Assembly: GCA_965226375.1 (NCBI GenBank)
Contig: CBDDCX010000005.1
Coordinates: 160,001 to 224,000, forward strand
Reading direction: 5' to 3'
DNA: 64,000 nt
Source of the DNA: Longimicrobiales bacterium
Lineage (GTDB): Bacteria > Gemmatimonadota > Gemmatimonadetes > Longimicrobiales > Gaopeijiaceae
The first letter of the stretch is position 1, and every line of letters starts with the position of its first letter. Both the position numbers and the translations under genes were made by a program. Below, one piece after another: positions 18,520 to 30,648 of the stretch. Below the pieces are notes generated by a model. It did no database searches, was not told the DNA's origin, and saw nothing but the letters and a program-made list of their open reading frames with translations.

Positions 18520-19644
18520 TTGTACCTGAGCCTGCTCAAGCTCCGGTTCTTTCGCAACCTAGGGCACCAGGAGCTCTCCTTTCCTCCGGAGGGGGTGGCG
18601 ATCGTCGGCCCTAATGCTCAAGGGAAGTCCAACCTGCTCGAAGCGATCTATTATCTGGAGACGTTCAGGTCGTTCCGAGGAGCCCGCGCCGAGCAGCTGA
18701 TCGCCTTCGGAGAAGACGTGTTTCGGGTGTCGGCGTGTGTGGGCTCGCCGGACGAAGCCGAGGTCCGGGGCACGGAAGTGGCCGCGGCGTATGAGGCGTC
18801 GAGTGGTCGTCGCAAGGTGACGGTCGACGGATCGGAGCCGCCTCGGATCGGAGACGCCGTCGGACTACTAGGGGCCGTGATCTGTTCGCCGGCGGACGTC
18901 GCGATCATCAATGAGGGGCCGTCGAGCCGTCGAAGGTTCTTGGACATCGTCCTTTCCTTGAACTGCGCCGGCTACCTGACCGCGCTACAGGAGTACAAGC
19001 ACGTTCTGGCTCAGAGAAACGCGGCCCTCAGGGGTGATCAGCCGGCGTCTGTGATCCGAGCCTGGGACGAGCCGTTGGCCGGAAGCGGCGCTTCCGTGAT
19101 GTTAGGGCGCTCCCGTTGGGTAGAGGAGTGGCGAGAGACGTTTCGGAGCCACTATGAGGTCGTGAGCGGGGGACCGTCGGCGTCTATGGACTACGTGCCG
19201 AATGTCTCTGTTGGAGTCTGGGACGAAGAAGGTGTCCTCGAAGCGTATCGCGAGGCATTGGAGGCCACGTGGTCGCGGGACGTCCGCTTCCGGAGTACCG
19301 GGATCGGACCCCATCGTGACGAGTTGCTGCTGAGCCTGACGGGTGATGCGCAACCCACCGAGATGCGGGAGTGCGGTTCGGGGGGGCAGCGGCGGACCGC
19401 CGCGTTGGCCCTCCGCTTGGTGGAGGGTGACTGCATCCGTCGCACGCGGGGCACGGAGCCGATCCTCCTGTTGGACGATGCGTTCGCGGAGCTCGATGAA
19501 GCGCGGCGCGAGCGGGTGGTTGGACTGATGAACAGTGGGCGCTTCGGACAGGTCATCCTCACGGCGCCGAAAGAGAGCGACCTGCCCCTCCAGGGAGACG
19601 GACTTCCTCGATGGGGCATCAAAGATGGGCGGATTTGCGCGTGA
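18520..19644 (+). CDS. recF: DNA replication and repair protein RecF
   Basis: GPNAQGKSN, RRRFLD, GPHRDEL, SGGQRR and LLLDDAFAELD motifs. Confidence 0.95.
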   Translation: MYLSLLKLRFFRNLGHQELSFPPEGVAIVGPNAQGKSNLLEAIYYLETFRSFRGARAEQLIAFGEDVFRVSACVGSPDEAEVRGTEVAAAYEASSGRRKVTVDGSEPPRIGDAVGLLGAVICSPADVAIINEGPSSRRRFLDIVLSLNCAGYLTALQEYKHVLAQRNAALRGDQPASVIRAWDEPLAGSGASVMLGRSRWVEEWRETFRSHYEVVSGGPSASMDYVPNVSVGVWDEEGVLEAYREALEATWSRDVRFRSTGIGPHRDELLLSLTGDAQPTEMRECGSGGQRRTAALALRLVEGDCIRRTRGTEPILLLDDAFAELDEARRERVVGLMNSGRFGQVILTAPKESDLPLQGDGLPRWGIKDGRICA

Positions 19645-19952
19645 GCGGGGGCGGGCCGACCCGGGTCGGGGCTTTGCTCGACGACGTGCTGAAGCGGCGG
19701 GGTGTCGGGACCCAGATCCGGCGCGTCGGCGCGCTGGATGCGTGGGCGCAAGCGGTAGGCGAGAAGATCGCTGCTGTGACTCACGCCAAGGCGGTCGTCG
19801 CGACGACGCTATTCGTGGAGGTGAAGAGCAGTGCTTGGCTCATGGAGCTGGACTTCATGAAGGGGGCTCTGCTGGAGCACGTGAATGAACAGCTGGAAAG
19901 AGACGGGGCGATCGAGAGGATCGTTCTTACGTTGATGGAGGGGGACGGGTAA
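19641..19952 (+). CDS. DUF721/DciA-family protein
   Basis: W..AVGEKIA...LFVEVKSSAWLMEL; position between recF and gyrB. Confidence 0.85.
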   Translation: MSGGGPTRVGALLDDVLKRRGVGTQIRRVGALDAWAQAVGEKIAAVTHAKAVVATTLFVEVKSSAWLMELDFMKGALLEHVNEQLERDGAIERIVLTLMEGDG

Positions 19953-20008
19953 GGACTCCCGTGCCGAAGGCGGGCACCCCCCGACACCCACAACCGAGCG
20001 AGCGGTAG

Positions 20009-21952
<1,944 letters not shown>

Positions 21953-21973
21953 AGGGACTGCCAGGGGGGCGGA

Positions 21974-22480
21974 TCAGGGGAGCGGTAGCGGCTCCAGCTG
22001 AACGGTGCCGGGGCCGGATACCTGGCTCACGTGGCATTGGCAGTCATCACGGCTGAAAACGAACTCGGCTCGAAAACCGGTGTCTCCGCGCGTTCCCACC
22101 ACCTCGACACGCGTGCCTTCCTCGGTCACATCGTCGACCGCATTGTCCGTTAGGATGACGTACACGCCAGGTTGTCCGAATCCCATATCGTCGGGCGTGA
22201 GGTCCATCCCGTCGGAGACCCGCGTCGCGGAGATCTCGACGTCGCCGGCCGGTTGACCTTGGGCGTCGACCACCGTGACCGTAAAGAAGCGGAACTCCGT
22301 CGTACAGGTGCACACTTCGGTGACGGTAGAGCAGGACAGAATCGGTAGGCCGGTCAGCAACGCCCACCCAAGCAACGTGCCAAGGCGCAGCGAGATCCCG
22401 ATCCGTGAACGGATCTTCGGCCCGTCTGACCATCGTCGGATCATGCGCCAACTACCGCTTGTCGGCGGTGATTGATCCAC
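21974..22480 (-). CDS. Putative lipoprotein (start uncertain)
   Basis: Hydrophobic stretch ending ILSC, then a Cys-containing beta-rich domain. Confidence 0.6.
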   Translation of the reverse strand: MDQSPPTSGSWRMIRRWSDGPKIRSRIGISLRLGTLLGWALLTGLPILSCSTVTEVCTCTTEFRFFTVTVVDAQGQPAGDVEISATRVSDGMDLTPDDMGFGQPGVYVILTDNAVDDVTEEGTRVEVVGTRGDTGFRAEFVFSRDDCQCHVSQVSGPGTVQLEPLPLP

Positions 22481-22612
22481 CCGCAGCTGCCTGGTGACCT
22501 TGCCGGCAGATGCGTCATGCCACCCTGTCTAGATAGAGATAGATCTACATTGCAACCAATCTAGGTGGGGGCCTGTCCAAGGAAGCGTTACGAAACCAAA
22601 CGGGGAAATGTG

Positions 22613-22930
22613 ATGAGCGGAATGCGGATGACGTACGCCACGGCGATGGTGCTACAGGCCTTGGACCAGGGATATCGGTATGGCTTCGACATCGCGGAGG
22701 CGACGGGATTGAGGGGCGGCACGGTGTATCCGATCCTCCGGCGGCTCGAAGAGGCCGGGATGGCGCGGTCACAGTGGGAGAAGGTGCACATCTCCCGGGA
22801 AGAGGGCCGCCCCCCCCGGAAGTACTACACGGTGGCTCCGGTGGCCGAAGAGCTGATCGCCACTGCCCGAGCCCGCTATCCGCTTCGCGCGACCGCTGCC
22901 CTTGCCCACGCCGTGCCGAGGCGAGCATGA
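22613..22930 (+). CDS. PadR-family transcriptional regulator
   Basis: YGFDI...GTVYPILRRLE...RPPRKYY. Confidence 0.9.
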   Translation: MSGMRMTYATAMVLQALDQGYRYGFDIAEATGLRGGTVYPILRRLEEAGMARSQWEKVHISREEGRPPRKYYTVAPVAEELIATARARYPLRATAALAHAVPRRA

Positions 22931-25575
22931 GTGGCGAGAGGAAGGTGAACGGGTCGTATCGTCGAAACGGCGTCCTCGGGCTGCTCAGCACGCTCGTGCC
23001 GTCTTCGGAGCGTGAGGATTGGCGGCAGGAGTGGGAGGGTGAACTAGGAGCTCTCAGCGTTGGCAACGCAGCTTCCGCATGGGCACGGACCCGCGTCCTG
23101 TCCGCCGCCGCCGAGGACGCGATGCGTCTGAGCTTCCGGCGCATCCAGCCGGGGGCTTGGGCTCAAGACGTCCGGTTCGCCCTCCGTACAATCCGCACTC
23201 GCCCGGCTTATGCCTGTGCCGCGATGCTAACGTTCGCCCTCGGGATCGGGGCCAACGTGGCCATCTTCACGGTCATCAACGCCTATGTGCTGCGGCCGTT
23301 TCCCATCGAGGAGCCGGACAGGATCGTATGGCTCGAGGGCCGCAAGGAGGGACGCCAGGGTGCGGTGTCCGCTCCCGACTTCTTGGACTGGAGGGATCGA
23401 GCACGAGCGTTCGAGGATCTCGTTGCCGTGCATCAATGGTCCGCGACCCTAACAGAGATGGATCGTCCCCTGAGGGTCACCCGCGCCCTGGTAACGCCCG
23501 GCTTCTTCCGCCTGATCGGTGTCCAGCCCATGCTCGGACGCTCCTTCTCTGAGGACGAAGGGATGGTGGGCAACGAGCGTGTGGCGATTCTCAGTCACGA
23601 TCTGTGGTTCGGCGTGTATGGTTCCGACCCCGGAGTCATCGGTGAGACCGTGGTGCTGGATGGAGTCCGAAGTACCATCGTCGGTGTGCTTCCACCAGGC
23701 TTTCTTTTGCCTCCGTTTACGTCCCAGGTGTGGGCCCCCCTCGCCTTCACACAAGAGACCCTGGAGCATCGGGGCCGTCACAACCTCCGCGTGATCGGAC
23801 GTCTTTCTGAAGGGGTGGGCCTGCCCACTGCTCAGGCCGAGATGGACGTCATCGGTGAGAGCTTGGCGTCGAGCTATCCGCTGTCGAACGAGGGTTGGGG
23901 AGTACAAGTGCGGGGGCTTCACGATGTGGTGGTGGCCTCGAGCTCAGGAAGCCTGTGGGTGCTCTTTGGGGGTGTCGGGTTCGTTCTGCTCATCGCGTGC
24001 GTGAACGTCGCCAGCCTCACGGTGGCCCGCGGAGCCGGGAGGCAGCAGGAGCTCGCGGTTCGCGTTGCCCTGGGGGCCTCCAGAGGTCGGCTACTCAGCC
24101 AACTGCTGACGGAGAGTCTGCTGCTGGCGTTGGTGGGCGGGGCCTTGGGCGTCGCTGTGGCGTACCTCGCGTTGGGTCCCATCGAGGCCCTGGTACCGGC
24201 CTCGCTCGCGAGCGTCGGCGTACTCTCCCTGGACTGGAGGGTCCTCCGCTTTGCTCTGGTGGCCTCGGGCGTCACGGGGCTGGCTTCGGGTGCACTCCCC
24301 GGACTTCAGTTGAGCACGGTGGCGGGCTCGGGTGGGGCGGTCGCCGGTCGACTTCGCACGAAGTCCGGGTACGCTCGCGTGCGCGGCGGGCTCGTGGTCG
24401 CCGAGTTCGCGTTGGCTATGATTCTCTTGGTAGGTGCGGGACTCTTCCTGCGGAGCTTGTCCAACCTCTACTCCGTGGACCTCGGCCTGGACCCCCAGGG
24501 TGTCACGACGTTCGGCCTGACCTTCCCCGACGCCGACTACGTCGAGCCGGCGGAGGTGATTGCCGGACTGAACGGAGTCCTGGCGCAACTCGAGGAGCAG
24601 GGCGGTTTCGCTCAGGTCGCCGCCACCTCCCACCTCCCGCTGTCGGGGGCCCGACTCGCGTCGTCGGTACAGTTGGACGGTGACACGGAGCAGATGGGGA
24701 CCAACTCTCCACACGCTGCCATCAAGGTCATCACTCCCGGCTACTTCGAATTGCTGGGAATCCCGCTCGTCGAAGGTCGGCTCCTGAGCCGGGACGACGA
24801 CGACGCGGGTGAGCTGGCGGTCGTGATCAACCAGTATGCCGCAGAGCGATACTGGCCGGGAGAGAGCGCCGTCGGAAGGCTGATCGCGTATACGCAAGAC
24901 GAACGAGAGGAGCCCGTCCAACGGCGCATCGTAGGGGTCATCGGAGACATCCGTTGGGCAGGGCCACAACGTGATCCTACGGAGGAGCTCTACCAGACCC
25001 ACCTGCAGACGACCGAGGTGTGGAGGTGGTTCGGCCGCGGGATGTCCGTCTTGGTACGTCAAGAGAGGGGAGCCCCTCTCACACTGATCGATGCCCAGAC
25101 TCTGGTGGCCGACGTCGACCCTGACCTTCCGGTTGTTCGCTTTCGATCCTTGGACAGTGTGTTGGACTCGTCCGTGGCCGCGCCGCGCTTCCAGGGCACC
25201 TTGCTGGGACTCTTCGCATGGCTGGCTCTGCTCCTTGCGGCGGTGGGTACATACAGCGTCATGGCCTTCTCCGTCCGCCAGAGGACCCGCGAGATCGGAA
25301 TTCGGGTCGCCGTCGGTGCCGACCGAGGCGCGGTCATGCAGTCCGTGATGTTCTCCGGCGCGCGTCTCGCGCTCACGGGTACGGCCGTGGGTACCGTGGG
25401 AGCCCTGATCCTCAGCCGTTTCGTCTCGTCTCTCCTCTGGGGCGTGGGCGGGACGGATCCACTGACATATGTGGTGGTGGCGGGGCTCCTGGGGGCCGTG
25501 ACTCTCCTGGCTTGTTTCGTTCCGGCCAGGCGGGCGGCACATGTCGATCCGGTAGTGGCGTTGAGGACGGAGTGA
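22927..25575 (+). CDS. ADOP-type duplicated ABC permease (MacB_PCD/FtsX x2)
   Basis: QDVRFALR, ALGIGAN, LLIACVNVA, RTREIGIRVAVGA and VPARRAAHVDPVVALR; ATGA overlap with padR. Confidence 0.92.
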   Translation: MSGERKVNGSYRRNGVLGLLSTLVPSSEREDWRQEWEGELGALSVGNAASAWARTRVLSAAAEDAMRLSFRRIQPGAWAQDVRFALRTIRTRPAYACAAMLTFALGIGANVAIFTVINAYVLRPFPIEEPDRIVWLEGRKEGRQGAVSAPDFLDWRDRARAFEDLVAVHQWSATLTEMDRPLRVTRALVTPGFFRLIGVQPMLGRSFSEDEGMVGNERVAILSHDLWFGVYGSDPGVIGETVVLDGVRSTIVGVLPPGFLLPPFTSQVWAPLAFTQETLEHRGRHNLRVIGRLSEGVGLPTAQAEMDVIGESLASSYPLSNEGWGVQVRGLHDVVVASSSGSLWVLFGGVGFVLLIACVNVASLTVARGAGRQQELAVRVALGASRGRLLSQLLTESLLLALVGGALGVAVAYLALGPIEALVPASLASVGVLSLDWRVLRFALVASGVTGLASGALPGLQLSTVAGSGGAVAGRLRTKSGYARVRGGLVVAEFALAMILLVGAGLFLRSLSNLYSVDLGLDPQGVTTFGLTFPDADYVEPAEVIAGLNGVLAQLEEQGGFAQVAATSHLPLSGARLASSVQLDGDTEQMGTNSPHAAIKVITPGYFELLGIPLVEGRLLSRDDDDAGELAVVINQYAAERYWPGESAVGRLIAYTQDEREEPVQRRIVGVIGDIRWAGPQRDPTEELYQTHLQTTEVWRWFGRGMSVLVRQERGAPLTLIDAQTLVADVDPDLPVVRFRSLDSVLDSSVAAPRFQGTLLGLFAWLALLLAAVGTYSVMAFSVRQRTREIGIRVAVGADRGAVMQSVMFSGARLALTGTAVGTVGALILSRFVSSLLWGVGGTDPLTYVVVAGLLGAVTLLACFVPARRAAHVDPVVALRTE

Positions 25576-25698
25576 GCGTGGAGCCCGGCGTGTAGCCGGG
25601 ACGCTTGAGCCCGGGTTGCGAGAGGCGGTACCTTTGAAGTTCGGCCTGCAAATGGCCGGACTCGATTCGTGCTTCACGAATGACCGGGGGATAGCCCG

Positions 25699-26298
25699 TT
25701 GACGGACCCGAAAAGGCTGAACATGCAGGAGCTGGTCTCGTTCCTGGCGGACAACGCCGGGCACTGGATCTCGAACCAGCGTGATCTACACAGAGCTCAT
25801 TCAGAGCCGCTGCCGGACACCACGATGGCAGCCCTGCGGGGCTTCTTCAGCGACGAGACGCTCGACAGGGCCCGCATCCGTAGGGTGCCCGTGATCGAGA
25901 ACCCGCCCTTCTACCGGGAGTTCGAGGAGTCGGGGCAGTCGATCCCCCTCGACTTCAGCGTCTGGGCTGCGATCACGTTCGGGGACGTCATTCTCGTGAG
26001 CGACGACCAGGTGCCTTGGCCGCCGTCCCACTCGGTGGTCTTCCATGAAATGGTCCACTTGGTCCAGTACGACGAGTTGGGGATCTTCGAGTTTGCGCGT
26101 CGCTACGTGACTCCTTTCGTGCAGAATCGTTTCAACTACATGACCATCCCGTTGGAGTCTGATGCCTTTGATCTCCAGGGGAGATTCGAAGGCTGGACGG
26201 GCGAGCCGTTCTCGGCAGAGGCTGAGGTGAGAGCCCACATCGCCAAACCTGGTCTGCCGTACGCCGGTCGTCGTAGGAATCGCCAATCGGTTGAGTGA
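25699..26298 (+). CDS. Hypothetical HExxH (zincin/DUF4157-like) protein
   Basis: AITFGD...VFHEMVHLVQY...PLESDAF. Confidence 0.65.
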   Translation: MTDPKRLNMQELVSFLADNAGHWISNQRDLHRAHSEPLPDTTMAALRGFFSDETLDRARIRRVPVIENPPFYREFEESGQSIPLDFSVWAAITFGDVILVSDDQVPWPPSHSVVFHEMVHLVQYDELGIFEFARRYVTPFVQNRFNYMTIPLESDAFDLQGRFEGWTGEPFSAEAEVRAHIAKPGLPYAGRRRNRQSVE

Positions 26299-27655
26299 AG
26301 GTCTCCCCGGTCTGTCGATGGGCTCCCATGCTGGAGAACTCTCGGACAGAAGCGAACGCGTCTGTGTAATCGGCGCGGGGAGCTCCGGGCTTGCGGCGGC
26401 TCGTAACCTCCGGGAGGTCGGCCTCGAGGTCGATGTGCTCGAGGCTTGTGATGATCTGGGAGGGAACTGGAACTACCCTCTTGAGGCGTCCCGAGTCTAT
26501 CGGTCCACCCACACCATTTCATCCAAGCCGGGCACCGAGTTTCCGGACTATCCCATGCCGGCTTCTTACGTGGATTACCCGCACCACACGGAGATCCTGG
26601 CCTATCTGAGAGGTTATGCCGAGCATTTCCGGCTCGGGCCGCTCATCGAATACGGCGCGGAGGTGTCGCGCGTGGAGCCGTCGACGACGACCGGACCCAC
26701 CGGAGACCCGTGTTGGGACGTGTGGTTGTCGGGTGGAGAGGGACGTCGATACGGCGCGCTGGTCATTGCCAACGGCCACAACCGCGATCCCATAATACCC
26801 GAGTATCCGGGAAGCTTCGATGGTGAGGTCATGCACTCGGCCGACTACAAGGTCTCCGAGACTCTCCTGGGCAAGCGGGTCCTGGTCGTGGGTGGGGGGA
26901 ATTCCGGCTGCGACATCGTGGTAGAGGCGGCGCACAAGGCTGCTTTGGCGTTCCACAGTACTCGCAAGGGGTACCACTACGTTCCCAAGTACCTCTGGGG
27001 CCAACCTTCGGATCAGGTGGCCAGCTTCATGCACGCGCTGCGCATTCCGATGGGAGTCCAGAGGATCGTCGCCAATATCTCGTTGCGGCTCTTCATGGGG
27101 CGCCACGAAGATCTCGGCCTTCCCAAGCCGGACCATCGGCTTTTCGAGTCACACCCGATCGTCAACACACTCCTGCCCTATTTCGTGCAACACGGGGCCA
27201 TTACGCCGAAGCCGGACATCGTGCGCTTGGACGGGGAGCACGTGCACTTTTCCGACGGGACCTCGGAGGCCATCGATCTTCTCATATGGGCTACCGGGTA
27301 CCTCATCACGTTTCCCTTCATGGACGAGCGCCACCTCAACTGGAGGGACGGACGCCCGATTCTCTACAAGCATGTCTTCCACCCGGAGAGCGACAACCTT
27401 TTCGTGGTCGGTTTGATCCAACCTGACAGCGGGCAGTTCGGGATCGTCCACTGGCAGTGTCGGGCGATGGCTCTCTATCTGGCCTCGGGATGGGGCGGTG
27501 GGAGGTTGAACCCCTGGCTCAAGCAGAGAAAGCGTTCACCTGAGGAAGACCTGAGCGGTGGTGTGCGTTATCACGAGACGTACCGTCACCACCTCGAGGT
27601 GGAACACGCGAGCTACACTCGCGGACTCAAGAGGCTGGTTCGTCGACTGAGTTGA
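26291..27655 (+). CDS. Flavin-containing monooxygenase
   Basis: GAGSSG, FDGEVMHSADYK, GGGNSG and WATGY motifs. Confidence 0.9.
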   Translation: MSEGLPGLSMGSHAGELSDRSERVCVIGAGSSGLAAARNLREVGLEVDVLEACDDLGGNWNYPLEASRVYRSTHTISSKPGTEFPDYPMPASYVDYPHHTEILAYLRGYAEHFRLGPLIEYGAEVSRVEPSTTTGPTGDPCWDVWLSGGEGRRYGALVIANGHNRDPIIPEYPGSFDGEVMHSADYKVSETLLGKRVLVVGGGNSGCDIVVEAAHKAALAFHSTRKGYHYVPKYLWGQPSDQVASFMHALRIPMGVQRIVANISLRLFMGRHEDLGLPKPDHRLFESHPIVNTLLPYFVQHGAITPKPDIVRLDGEHVHFSDGTSEAIDLLIWATGYLITFPFMDERHLNWRDGRPILYKHVFHPESDNLFVVGLIQPDSGQFGIVHWQCRAMALYLASGWGGGRLNPWLKQRKRSPEEDLSGGVRYHETYRHHLEVEHASYTRGLKRLVRRLS

Positions 27656-27762
27656 CCGAGAAGGACCAGCGGACCCGGCTACGCGGACGATATCTGAAAC
27701 AGTTGTTCCGGGGCATCCGTAGTAAGTTGCAGGGTGGTGATTGATAGTGTGGTGGATCATAG

Positions 27763-28866
27763 ATGAGTGATGACGGGAGGACCCGGATGTACACGCGCAG
27801 TATCGGGGGGCGGTTCCGCGGCGTGGGACCAGCCCTCCTTTTGGTCTTGTCCGCCTTCGTCTTGGCCCTGCCTGGACCAGCGAGCGCGCAGTCGGTGCCG
27901 GGTACGCAGGCATCGGAGTCCGAACTCTTCACGTCCCACGAAGTGATCGACCTTTCGCTGGAAGCCAACTTCGTCAAGCTCAAGGCAGATCGGGGCCTGG
28001 ACACCGAGTACCGCCCCGCGATCATGACCGTTACGGCCGACGACGGTACTCCACGCACGATCGACATCAAGTTGAAGACGCGCGGTCACTTCAGGCTCGA
28101 GACCTGCCGTTTCCCTCCCCTCAAAGTCAATCTTCCCAAGACGTCGCTGGGTGGGACCGTGTTCGACGGAGAGGACAAGATCAAGCTGGTCAGTCATTGT
28201 CGCGACCGTGACAGCGACGAGCAAAACGTCCTCGAGGAATACCTGGCCTACCGGACGTTCAACGTGCTAACGGACAACAGCTTCCGGGTGCGCCTGGCTC
28301 GAATCACGTATGTGGACTCACGGGGCAAGGACGCTCCCGTCATCCGGTACGCGTTCTTCATCGAGGAGAAGGAGGCTGTCGCCCAGAGGTTGGGCGGCAT
28401 GATGCTCGACGTACCCCAGGTCCATCCGACCAACCTGAGTGCCGAGGCCTCGACTCGTATGGCGCTGTTCCAGTACATGGTGGGGAATACTGACTGGGAC
28501 ATGGTCTACTTTCACAACGTCAAACTGCTTCGGACCAGCGACGGCGCCCACCTTCCGGTGCCGTACGACTTCGACTTCACCGGCCTCGTAGCCGCGTCGT
28601 ATGCCACGCCCGACGAGCGGCTCGGTCTTCGGACCATCAAGGACCGCATGTATCGCGGTTTCTGCCGTCCCGAAGTGGACTTCTCCGCCATGTACTCCGA
28701 GTTCAACGGGCACCGCCCGGAGATCGAGGAGATCTATGGGGCTTTGGAGGGGCTCGAGGAGGCCGAGAGAAAGAGGGCCCTCGAGTATGTGGACGGTTTC
28801 TACGATATCATCTCTTCGGAGAGGCGTTCCAAACTGCACATCGAAGAGGCTTGCCGGAGGGTCTAG
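27763..28866 (+). CDS. Exported CotH-like kinase-fold protein
   Basis: Signal peptide; RGHFR, KLVSHC, EYLAY, GNTDW...HNVKL...PYDFDF. Confidence 0.6.
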   Translation: MSDDGRTRMYTRSIGGRFRGVGPALLLVLSAFVLALPGPASAQSVPGTQASESELFTSHEVIDLSLEANFVKLKADRGLDTEYRPAIMTVTADDGTPRTIDIKLKTRGHFRLETCRFPPLKVNLPKTSLGGTVFDGEDKIKLVSHCRDRDSDEQNVLEEYLAYRTFNVLTDNSFRVRLARITYVDSRGKDAPVIRYAFFIEEKEAVAQRLGGMMLDVPQVHPTNLSAEASTRMALFQYMVGNTDWDMVYFHNVKLLRTSDGAHLPVPYDFDFTGLVAASYATPDERLGLRTIKDRMYRGFCRPEVDFSAMYSEFNGHRPEIEEIYGALEGLEEAERKRALEYVDGFYDIISSERRSKLHIEEACRRV

Positions 28867-28876
28867 GCCGGAGAGG

Positions 28877-30580
28877 TCATCCCGCCCACAGCGGTCCGGC
28901 CAGCCTGAGGTCGTAGACCGCCACCAACCCCAGCACTCCTATCACCACCAGGTAGTAGAGCGTGGGGAGGATGGTCTTCCTCAGTGTCGACCCCTCCCTT
29001 CCCAACAACCCCACCGTCGCCGAAGCGGCGACCACGTTGTGGATGGCGATCATGTTGCCGGCTGCGGCTCCCACGGCCTGTAACGCCACGACCATGGCAC
29101 TGGAGATGGCGAGGCTGGTGGCCACTCCGTGCTGAAACGCGGCGAACATGAGATTGCTCACGGTATTGGACCCGGCGATGAAGGCTCCCAGGGCACCGGT
29201 GACTCCCGCGAACAGCGGCCAAATGCCCCCCACGTTGTCTGCCACCCATCCGGCCATCGTCAGGGGCATGGACGCCAGGCCCGCCCCGTTGATTCCCGAG
29301 TTGATGTAGACGCGTACCATGGGGACCGTAAACACCAGGACGAAACCGGCACCGAGCAATACTCGACTCGAGTCGACCAGGGCGGTCTTGAGGGCCGCGG
29401 CGCTCATTCGGTGGAGAAGCGCCGTGATCCCCACCACTACGATGAGGATCGTGCCCGGCAGGTAGAGAGGCGTCGTCGTCGCGCTCACCGATGTGCCGAA
29501 GATCTCGGGCCACTGGATGCTCACGCTCCGGAGCGCGGTCCCGAGAGGCAGCCAAGGAAGCCGGCTGAGTACCAGTAGAACGGCCAGGAGCAGGTACGGG
29601 AGCCACGCCTTGGTCGCCGACATCTCCGGGTGCTCGCCTTCCGTCTCGGAAGCCACCTCGATGCCGCTCACCCACCCGGCGGGCCATGTGCTCCGTTGGG
29701 GGAATTCCCAGGAGTCGGAGGGCAGGAGGAAACCCTTCCGGGCCGCGAAGGACACGATGGCCAACCCTACCAGGGCACCCAGCAGAGATGGGAATTCGGG
29801 TCCCAAGAGCCAAGCGGTGAGTACGTACGGCACGGTAAAGGCGAGGCCTCCGAAGAGGGCGAAGGGCACGATCGAAAGGCCTTCGGTCCAGGATTTCTTC
29901 TCGCCGAAGAAGCGGGTCATCATCATGACCATGAGGGTGGGCATGAGGGTCCCGGTGATTCCATGGAGGAGGGCGGCGCGGACCGTCACGGCACGGATGT
30001 AGTCGTCCAGGCTGACCCCCCACTCAGCAAGGGCGGCGGCGAATTCGGGGCTGGCCACACCGCCCTGCACGCCGACGAGGATCGGCGTGCCGACGGCTCC
30101 GAACGTCACAGGCATGAGGGTGCTCTGGAGCATCATGCCGATCATCACCGCGCCCGCCGCGGGGAAGCCCATGGCCACCATGAGTGGCGCGGCCACGGCG
30201 GCCGGGGTGCCGAAGCCTGCTGCACCTTCAATGAAGGATCCGAAGAGCCAGGCGATGATCACCACCTGCACGCGCCGGTCATCGCTGATTCCGTGGAAGG
30301 TTCGCCGGATGGCGGCCACCCCACCCGAACGCTCGAGGGTGTTCAGGAGCAGGATCGCACCGAAGATGATCAACAGGAGGTCGAACGTGAGGAACAGCCC
30401 CTGGACGGTGGAGGCCGCCACGTCTGCCGCCGGCATGTTCCACACACCCAGGGCGATGACCACTGCCGTCACGTACACGAGCGGCATGGCCCACTTGGCG
30501 GGAACACGGAAACCGACGAGCAGAACTCCGCCCAGGAGAATCGGTAGGGCGGCCAGGGTGGCCAGGGTAGCAGGGCTCAC
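28877..30580 (-). CDS. L-lactate permease
   Basis: [16 protein letters not shown] and [10 protein letters not shown] motifs; polytopic membrane protein. Confidence 0.92.
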   Translation of the reverse strand: MSPATLATLAALPILLGGVLLVGFRVPAKWAMPLVYVTAVVIALGVWNMPAADVAASTVQGLFLTFDLLLIIFGAILLLNTLERSGGVAAIRRTFHGISDDRRVQVVIIAWLFGSFIEGAAGFGTPAAVAAPLMVAMGFPAAGAVMIGMMLQSTLMPVTFGAVGTPILVGVQGGVASPEFAAALAEWGVSLDDYIRAVTVRAALLHGITGTLMPTLMVMMMTRFFGEKKSWTEGLSIVPFALFGGLAFTVPYVLTAWLLGPEFPSLLGALVGLAIVSFAARKGFLLPSDSWEFPQRSTWPAGWVSGIEVASETEGEHPEMSATKAWLPYLLLAVLLVLSRLPWLPLGTALRSVSIQWPEIFGTSVSATTTPLYLPGTILIVVVGITALLHRMSAAALKTALVDSSRVLLGAGFVLVFTVPMVRVYINSGINGAGLASMPLTMAGWVADNVGGIWPLFAGVTGALGAFIAGSNTVSNLMFAAFQHGVATSLAISSAMVVALQAVGAAAGNMIAIHNVVAASATVGLLGREGSTLRKTILPTLYYLVVIGVLGLVAVYDLRLAGPLWAG

Positions 30581-30648
30581 GTGCTCTCCTTAGAAGATGC
30601 CGACCGATGTGAGACGTCGGAGAATGGCCCCCGACCTTTCCTCATCGT

